Source: Octopus vulgaris
Lineage: Eukaryota
Direction of reading: 5' to 3'
DNA: 64,000 nucleotides
NCBI GenBank assembly: GCA_951406725.2
Contig: OX597829.1
Location: forward strand, 20,708,001-20,772,000
In this document: positions 55,861 to 64,000 of the stretch, one piece after another
Layout of the letters: the number at the start of each line of letters is the position of its first letter
How positions within the stretch are numbered: position 1 is the stretch's first letter
Position numbers and translations under genes: made by a program
The notes under the pieces: generated by a model
Databases searched by the model: none
The model's input: the letters and a program-made list of their open reading frames with translations, nothing else
What the model was told of the DNA's origin: nothing

Positions 55861-56111
55861 AATATATATATATATATATACATAATAGAAATATTAAAAT
55901 TACTAACTCTCTCTAAAGGAGATTATGGCAGCGTTACTGGATATTAATAGTTATCGCCATACTAATATGGCAGTCTATAAATAAGACTAAAGCTGTCGCT
56001 GATTAGCTGCAAGAGGCCATCGCCTCTAGCTAGCTATATGACACACGAACCTGCGTCCATTACAACCTTCGAACAGGAGAGGTCAACCGCTTCACCTTGC
56101 TAGTCAGACAT

Positions 56112-56152
56112 CTGCAGACATGTTTCAGGGTTGTTGCCCTTTATCAATGCAG
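56112..56152 (-). ncRNA. Mutated minimal hammerhead motif in the loop of a palindromic element (55947-56346)
   Basis: CUGCA-UUGAUAA-AGGG CAACAA CCCU-GAAAC AU GUC-UGCAG; two core substitutions. Confidence 0.5.
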
Positions 56153-56385
56153 CGTAGTCAGAACCAGCAGGTGTCGCTACTGACCGTCTGTTCGAAGATT
56201 TTTTTACTGACCTCCCCTGCTCGAAGGTTGTAATGGACGCAGGTTCGTGTGTCATATTGCTAGCTAGAGGCGATGGCCTCTTGGAGCTAATCAGCGACAG
56301 CTTTAGTCTTATTTATAGACTGCCATATTAGTATGGCGATAACTATATATATACATATATATATATATATACATATATATATATT

Positions 56386-56437
<52 letters not shown>

Positions 56438-56439
<2 letters not shown>

Positions 56440-57706
56440 AGGGGCGTTCAATAAGTAATGCCCCTGACCCACTTACCATTGCAGTAGGGCAACGAAACTT
56501 AGCACAGTTATTAGTATTTTTCTACATAGGAAGCACCCAGAGTTACGCATTTCTCCCATCGTTTGATGCAGCTCTGAAGACCGTTTTTGTAGAAGACCCC
56601 CAGCTTGTTCCTCCAACCACGACGTGACTTCAGAAATCAAGGCTGCATCATCTGTGAAACGCTTTCCTTTCAGAAACAACTTCATGGCTGGGAAGAGGTG
56701 AAAATCAGAGGGTTCAACGTCAGGAGAGTAGGGGGGATGGTGAGGAGTTCATAGCCGCACGCCTGTGCTTCTGATCTGGCGACACGCGAGTTGTGGACCG
56801 GAGCGTTGTCCTGCAGGAGGAGAATGCCTTTGCTGATCTTGCCCGCCTCTTGATTTTGATAGCTTCTCTTAATTTCCTCAAAAGTGAAGCATAATAGGCT
56901 CCTGTAATTGTGGTACCCTTTGCCGGGAAATCTGTCATCACTACTCCGTCCTGTTCCCAGAAGACTGTGAGTATGTCCTTGCCAGCGAAGGGCTGCACCC
57001 TTGCCTTAGATCATAGTGATGCACCCTGGATCATAGTGATGGACCCAGGTTTCATCCTGTGTAATCAGTCTTTTGAAAAATTTTAACTCATCTTCTTGGC
57101 ACATCTCCAAATTCATCCTTGAGCACTCGACGCGTTCTTGCTTCTGGAAAAGTGTGAGCAACCTGGGAATCCATCTGGCAGACACCTTTTGCATATGCAA
57201 ATGGTCATGAATGATAGTTTCTACAGACCCGGTACTAATCTTGACCTGATGGGCTATTTGGCGAATTGTTATGCGTCGATCTTCCAAAATGGCAGCCTCA
57301 ACTTGACGGACAGATGCCTCATCAATGGCAGAAGGGGGGGGGGACCAGATCTGGGAGCTGTTTCCACAGAGTTCCAACCATGTTTGTTCCGACAAGAGTT
57401 CACGATGCCAGGGTTTTACAAGGTCATATGATGAGGCATCATCACCATAAGTTAGTTTCATTTCATCAAAAGTCTCCCGTGGTGTGCGTCCTTTCAAATA
57501 CGAAAACCGGATCACTGCTCGACACTCAACAGGCTTCATTTCACACTTGACTCAGTTCAAACACCTGTAAATCAGAAACCACAATTATTTCAGAGCTGTA
57601 ATTTGCCACTTAATTTATAGAGATAAAAATAATTGCACAGACAAACTTTCAGCTAGATCAAACAACTGCAAGTGGGGCAGAGGCATTACTTATTGAACGT
57701 CTCTCG
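56438..57706 (-). mobile_element. Mariner (Tc1/mariner) DNA transposon, degenerate
   Basis: TIRs GAGGGGCGTTCAATAAGTAATGCCCC / GGCATTACTTATTGAACGTCTCTC in TA context. Transposase pieces WIPRLL, ITQDETWVHHYDP and PYSPDVEPSDFHLF, with frameshifts. Confidence 0.93.
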
Positions 57707-57793
57707 TTTATATATAATTATATTTATATATTTATATATTTAATTATATTTATATATTTATATATTTAGATATATTTATATATTTAGATATTT

Positions 57794-57837
<44 letters not shown>

Positions 57838-57841
<4 letters not shown>

Positions 57842-58040
57842 CGTCACGTTCTTGACTAAGCCACCTAACGAAACGATTGGTCAAAACAGGATACAGACAA
57901 GAGGCAGTTCTAATACAGCTATAGGTCGCGATTGGTCAGAATGTTGAGGACGTCCCGTTCTGCTTGACTAAGCCACCTAACGAAACGATTGGTCAAAACG
58001 TTGATGACGTCACGTTACGCTGGACTGACCACCTAACAGG
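57838..58040 (+). repeat. Short tandem subrepeats (GACGTCACGTT...CCACCTAACGAAACGATTGGTCAAAAC) heading a (TA)n-flanked pLTR-like element (to about 58520)
   Basis: 2-3 related units; degenerate hammerhead-like UUGAUAA-GGUUC..GAACC-GAAACAUGUU at about 58382-58416. Confidence 0.55.
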
Positions 58041-58600
58041 TGTTATAAAACCCGAACAATTCACAAGGTTTGCCAGAATCATCCAGCGAACACCGACCAT
58101 AAGTCATCACAGTTGCTCAAAGGTAAAATCTAAAATGAATTCCTCGCTCTTTCAGGAACATCAATTTTTTATATTGACTGCATATCACCACTTTGATCTA
58201 TTTTTTATATTGAATGCATATCACCACTATGAACCACTGCATCAGACACTTTAAACATATAGCATGAACAAACTCACTTCACACTATATATGAACTTTTT
58301 GATGTCTGACTCTATTGTGTATTATAAATGAATTTTTTATATTTGAGAGCATGAACTATCTTTTTTTATATATAACTTTTTTTGATAAGGTTCATTTCAA
58401 GAACCGAAACATGTTATAATGTATATATAAAAATTAAAAATTTGTATAATATAGCAGCATTTTCGAACTTCATTTTTTACAAATATATACCTACTCGTAT
58501 ACGAGCTAATCCTATTATAAATATATATATATATATATATGTATATTTATATATATATATTAATATATATATATAGATATATATAATATTAATTATATAT

Positions 58601-61600
58601 GAACTTAGATATGTTTCGACCAAAGATTGGTCCAGGCCATGTCTAACTTAATACCACCACCTGATAGGATTATTCGAATCCTGTTTAAGTCAAGTTTTGT
58701 TTATGGTCCATTCAAGTAGTCAGTTCTTGTTGGGTGAGTTGTATCCAATTATGGGTGGCTTATCTGGTATTCTTTGAAAGAATCTATCCAGACTCTGTTT
58801 AAAGTTGATGCGATCCTTTTCCTCTTTGATCTCTCTCGGGACAATGTTAAATAGGGCAGGGCCTGTTGAGGAAAATAAATTATGTTGCAGTGTACATGTA
58901 TGCTGTGATCTTGAATTGGGCAGGGGACGTATAACCCGTGGTCCAAGTCTTGGATGAACCTTGAAGCTAATGTTTAGGTCGTTTGGGCATAGTTGGCGGT
59001 ATATTTTCCACATCGTACAAATGATGTACCGCTCACGGCGACGCTGGAGGGAGTAAAGTTTCAAGGCTTTAAGGCGATCCCAATAATTGAGAGCAGCCAT
59101 GCCTTCAATTCGTTTAGTGAGTGCCCTCTGGGGTGACTCAATTCTCGAGATGTTTTGTCTTGTGTGAGGAGACCACAGTGGGCAGCAGTATTCAAGGTGT
59201 GGCCGTACAAAGGAGAAAAAAAGTGGTATGATGACACCTTGTTCTCTGGACCGGAAAGTTCTTAAGATCCAGGAACTCATCCTACGAGCTATATCGACCT
59301 TCTTGTTGATGTGTGCACTCCAACTGAGATCGTCATCAACAATTACTCCCAGGTCTCTGATATTGTTAGAGGCTGTGAGCGGTTCCCCTGAAGGAAGAGA
59401 GTATGGCTGTTTTAGTGAGGAGTTTCTTCCAAAATGCATCAGCTCAAATTTTCCCTCGTTCAGTTGCATTTTGTTTTTGTCTGCCCATTGACTCACAGCG
59501 TATAGATCAGACTGGAGTTGAGTTCGGTCTGCTTCTTCATTGACGATTTGCTGGAGCTTGGTATCATCAGCAAATATTTTAATTTTGCAGTAATGTACGA
59601 CACTGGAAAGGTCGTTTATGTAGATTATGAAGAGTAGCGGACCCAAGACAGTCCCCTGGGGGACACCGCTGGTGACTTTTGCTGGGCTTGAGTGGACTCC
59701 ATCAACTACAACATGTTGTGTTCTATTCACCAGGAAATACTTAATCCAGTGTAGAACTTTTCCACGGATTCCAACATTTGCCAATTTTGAGAGTAGGATA
59801 TTATGGTCTACCCTGTCGAACGCTTTACTGAAGTCAAGATATATGACATCAGAGTTCGAACCTGTTCCCAAGGCTTTGAAAGCCATGCTGATTTGCATTT
59901 AGGAGTTTGTGGGTCTCCAGGAAGTCAGCCATCCTTGATCTTAACACTCTTTCAAACACTTTGATGATGTGGGAGGTGAGTGAGATTGGGCGATAGTTGA
60001 GTGCGAGGGATCTGTTTCCCTGTTTGAAAACCGGGATGACTGACTGGGATAGAAACTGTTTTGGTATATAACCTGCATCTAACGAATTTCTCCAGGGGTT
60101 GGTCAGACGGACTGCAAGTTGGTGTTTACATTCCTTCAGGAGACTAGCGGGGAATCTATCAGGGCCTACAGCAGAGTAGTATTTGACCTCATTTATTGCT
60201 GCTACGATGTCAGTGGCAGTGAAGGTTATGTCTGCAATTTTGTGTTGGGAGTCAACTTCGTTCGCTTCTCTTACGTCAATATCAGTGGGAACACTAAAGA
60301 CAGAGCAGTATTGTTTCTGCAGTATTTCTGCCATTTCTTTAGCATCGTGTTGGGGAATGCCGTTATCATCAATCAATGGCCCAATGGGTGAGACAGTGGT
60401 TCTATGCTTATTTGCATAGGAATAGAACACTTTTGGGTTCTGTTTGATGTTTTTGATTACCCACTGTTCCTCCGCAGCTCTTTGATTTTCAATGGAGGTT
60501 TTCATGTCGTTCTGCAGATGAAGTTTTTCCAGCTCTAGCCTTTTCATTGTTGTTGAACGTGGATGTTGTTTGTGGGAATATTTTAATTGGTTGATTTTTT
60601 TGTTAAGTCTTTTGATGCGCCTGATGAGTGTTTTCTTTTTAGGGAGCCGATTTCTGTTTGTGTTAGTAGATTTCGTGGGAGCGTGTTTAGAGCATGTATA
60701 TGTGACAATCTTTTCAAAGTGCTGCCATGCGGTCTCAATATGGGTGGAATTGAGAGTAAAAGATCAGTCGATGAAAGACAGATCCTTTCTGATTGTTCCC
60801 CAGTCCGCTTTGTGGAAGTTTATGTTATCAAATGAGTGCCATGGAGTGGTATTGGCTGGTTTGGTTTTTATATGTCGGGAATTGAAATTGCAGAGTACCA
60901 TGTCGTGATCTGAGAGGAGAGTTTTTTCAACTGAAATACTGTGAACGAAGCTAGAGTGATTGGTCAATACCAGATCCAAGATCGTTTTATTCTGTCTCGT
61001 TGGTTCGAGCACAAGCTGAGTCAGGAAGTATTCATCCATTAGATTAAAGAGCAGTTCTGCTGCTGCTCTATCTGATGTAGAGCATTTGCCTAACTTCAGA
61101 GTATTTGTGGGCCAGTTCACATGAGGGAGGTGAAATTCACCCATCACTAGTATGTGTCCGGAGTGGTACTTCCGAAGGAAGGACTTGACTTTGCTAAGGC
61201 ACTCTTCAAAGCACTTTAAAGGTGCTTGGGGAGGCCTGTAAAGACCAACAATGACTATGTCCTTGGCCTTGCTGAATAGTGATACAGATTCACAATAGCC
61301 ATTGGAAAATATGTCCTTGGCATCAAGTGAGAAGGAGTCATGGATAAAGATGGCTGTCCCTCCCTTATTTCGGTTTGTACGATCCGCACGAACAATGGTG
61401 AAATCTTTTATTTTCACCTCGGCGTCCATATGGGTGTTGTTCAGGTGAGTCTCGGTAAGGATAAAGAAAGGGAAGCAATGTGCCGTTTCGGCAAGCCAAC
61501 TCTCTATATATGGGATTTTCCATTTTTGGGCAATAATTGATGGGTTGATGCCACGTACATTTAACAGGAATGTTGAGGTAAGTGAAGTTTGATGTTTGCA

Positions 61601-62258
61601 TTGTTCTAAGTTGTTCAGTGGTAACAATGTTGGTAGTTCTTGTATGGAGCTGTGTGTGTATGATTTTCTTGTTGGTAGTGGGTGTGTGGTCCTTGTGATT
61701 TGCATAGGTGGTTGCTGATAGCTCGTTGGATCTCCTGGCTTAGGTCGGCCTTCATATTTTCTAGGTAAGTCAGTAAAAAAGAGTTACCACTTTGGTTTGC
61801 CAGTTGGTCGGAGGATACATATTTCATGTTTGTGTTATTTGGTGTTATGGTTTTTTCATGGTTCTGTCTTCGTTGTTTGATTGTAGGAGGGAAACGTGGT
61901 TGTATTTTGTTTTTGTTGTTGTCGTAGATCTCCTCTGTTGCTGTTTATATTTATTTTGCGATCGTTTTCTGCCCTTCAGATGGTGGTGGTTGCATTCTGG
62001 GTTCAGGCACATCCATAGTGACACAGAAGTTTGGCACAGTTTAGGATGAAAGAAGGTGCATCTATTGCCTTTTGTACATCCATATTTGGGATCAGGACCA
62101 TGGATTCTGTATTTAGGACAGTATTTGGGGTGGAGGTGAGGGCAGTTTTTCCCGTTATTCCGTATGGACAGGTGCCCTTAACAAGTCTACGACATAGGGT
62201 GGGATGGGAAAAAGCACAGCGTCCCTTGTTGTTGTTGCCGCTGGGGCCAAATTTACAG
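58601..62258 (-). mobile_element. Long CR1-like LINE copy: CCCH zinc-finger region, APE endonuclease, RT
   Basis: ORFs 60764-61705 (LNVRG, LTETHL, YRPP, LDLVL, SDH), 59849-60547 (VGPD, YRPISLTS) and 58720-59898 (YLDFSKAFD, SGVPQG, FADD); flanked by (TA)n. Confidence 0.93.
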
Positions 62259-62313
62259 TATATATATATACTTTATTTAAAGCAGCAGAAAATTCAACAA
62301 AACCAGTTACTCT

Positions 62314-62374
<61 letters not shown>

Positions 62375-64000
62375 GAACTTAGATATGTTTCGACCAAAGA
62401 TTGGTCCAGGCCATGTCTAACTTAATAGCACCACCTGATAGGATTATTCGAATCCTGTTTAAGTCAAGTTTTGTTTATGGTCCATTCAAGTAGTGAGTTC
62501 TTGTTGGGTGAGTTGTATCCAATTATGGTTGGCTTTTCTGGTATTACTTGAAGGAATCTATCCAGACTCCGTTTAAAGTTGATGCGATCCTTTTCCTCTT
62601 TGATCTCTCTCGGGACAATGTTAAATAGGGTAGGGCCTGTTGAAAAAAGAAATTATGTTGCAGTGTACATGTATGCTGTGATCTTGAATTGGGTAGGGGA
62701 CGTATGGTCCATGGTCCCAGTCTTGGATGAACCTTGAAGCTAATGTTCAGGTCGTTTGGGCATAGTTGGCGGTATATTCTCCACATCGTACAAATGATGT
62801 ACCGCTCGCGGCGACGCTGGAGATAGTAGAGTTTCAAGGCTTTAAGGCGATCCCAATAATCGAGAGCAGCCATGCCTTCAATTCGTTTAGTGAGTGCCCT
62901 CTGGGGTGATTCAATCCTCGAGATGTTTTGTCTCGTATGGGGAGACCACAGTGGGCAGCAGTATTTGAGGTGTGGCCGTACAAAGGAGGAGAAAAGTGGT
63001 ATGATGACACCTTGTTCTCTGGACCGGAAAGTTCTTAAGATCCAGGAACTCATCCTACGAGCTATATCGACCTTCTTGTTGATGTGTGCACTCCAACTGA
63101 GATCGTCATCAACAATTACTCCCAGGTCTCTGATATTGTTAGAGGCTGTGAGCGGTTCCCCTGAAGGAAGAGAGTATGGCTGTTTTAGTGAGGAGTTTCT
63201 TCCAAAATACATTAGCTCAAATTTTCCCTCGTTCAGTTGCATTTTGTTTCTGTCTGCCCATTGACTCACAGCGTATAGATCAGACTGGAGTTGAGTTCGG
63301 TCTGCTTCTTCATTGACGATTTGCTGGAGCTTAGTGTCATCAGCAAATATATTAATTTTGCAGTAATGTACGACACTGGAAAGATCGTTTATGTAAATTA
63401 TGAAGAGTAGCGGACCCAAGACAGTCCCCTGGGGGACACCGCTGGTGACTTTTGCTGGGCTTGAGTGGACTCCATCAACTACAACAGGTTGTGTTCTATT
63501 CGCCAGAAAATACTTACTCCAGTGTAGAACTTTTCCACGGAATCCAACATATGCCAATTTTGAGAGTAGGAAATTATGGTCTACCCTGTCGAACCTGTTC
63601 CAAAGGCTTTGAGTACATCTTTAATGTGGTGTAAGAGCTGTGTTAGACAGTCCCTGCCATAGCGAAAGCCATGCTGATTTGCATTTAGGAGTTTGTGGGT
63701 CTCCAGGAAGTCAGCCATCCTTGATCTTAACACTCTTTCAAACACTTTAATGATGTGGGAGGTGAGTGAGATTGGGCGATAGTTGAGTGCGAGGGATCTG
63801 TTTCCCTGTTTGAAAATCGGGATGACGGACTGGGATAGAAACTGTTTCGGTATATAGCCTGGATCTAACGAATTTCTCCAGAGGTTGGTCAGACGGACTG
63901 CAAGTTGGTGTCTACAACATTCCTTCAGGAGACTAGCGGGGAATCTATCAGGGCCTACAGCAGAGTAGTATTTGACGTCATTTATTGCTGCTATGATGTC
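62375..64000 (-). mobile_element. Second copy of the same CR1-like LINE, running off the window
   Basis: High identity to 58601-60210, same 3' end at (TA)n; ORF 62544-63557. Confidence 0.93.

Overview
AT-rich, microsatellite- and SINE-dense animal DNA; the repeat content resembles an octopod cephalopod (inference). The only host gene is a Jagged/Serrate Notch ligand on the + strand, with 17 GT-AG exons between 14203 and 43839. They encode EGF2, EGF4-EGF16, the VWC/Cys-rich domain and the juxtamembrane segment; the DSL/EGF1 and TM/cytoplasmic exons were not found in the window. Three exons are 1-2 nt short (frameshifts, probably assembly indels), and no EGF3 exon could be found. Introns hold two Penelope-like (RT + GIY-YIG) elements, CR1-like LINEs, a mariner, a head-to-tail Helitron pair, a probable solo LTR and many SINEs. 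The most notable signal is a dispersed set of minimal type I hammerhead ribozyme motifs from several unrelated repeat families, mostly in small palindromic, (TA)n-flanked elements. The best example is a 594-bp tandem plus inverted array (26924-28918) with one intact hammerhead core per monomer, a retrozyme / Penelope pLTR-like locus.
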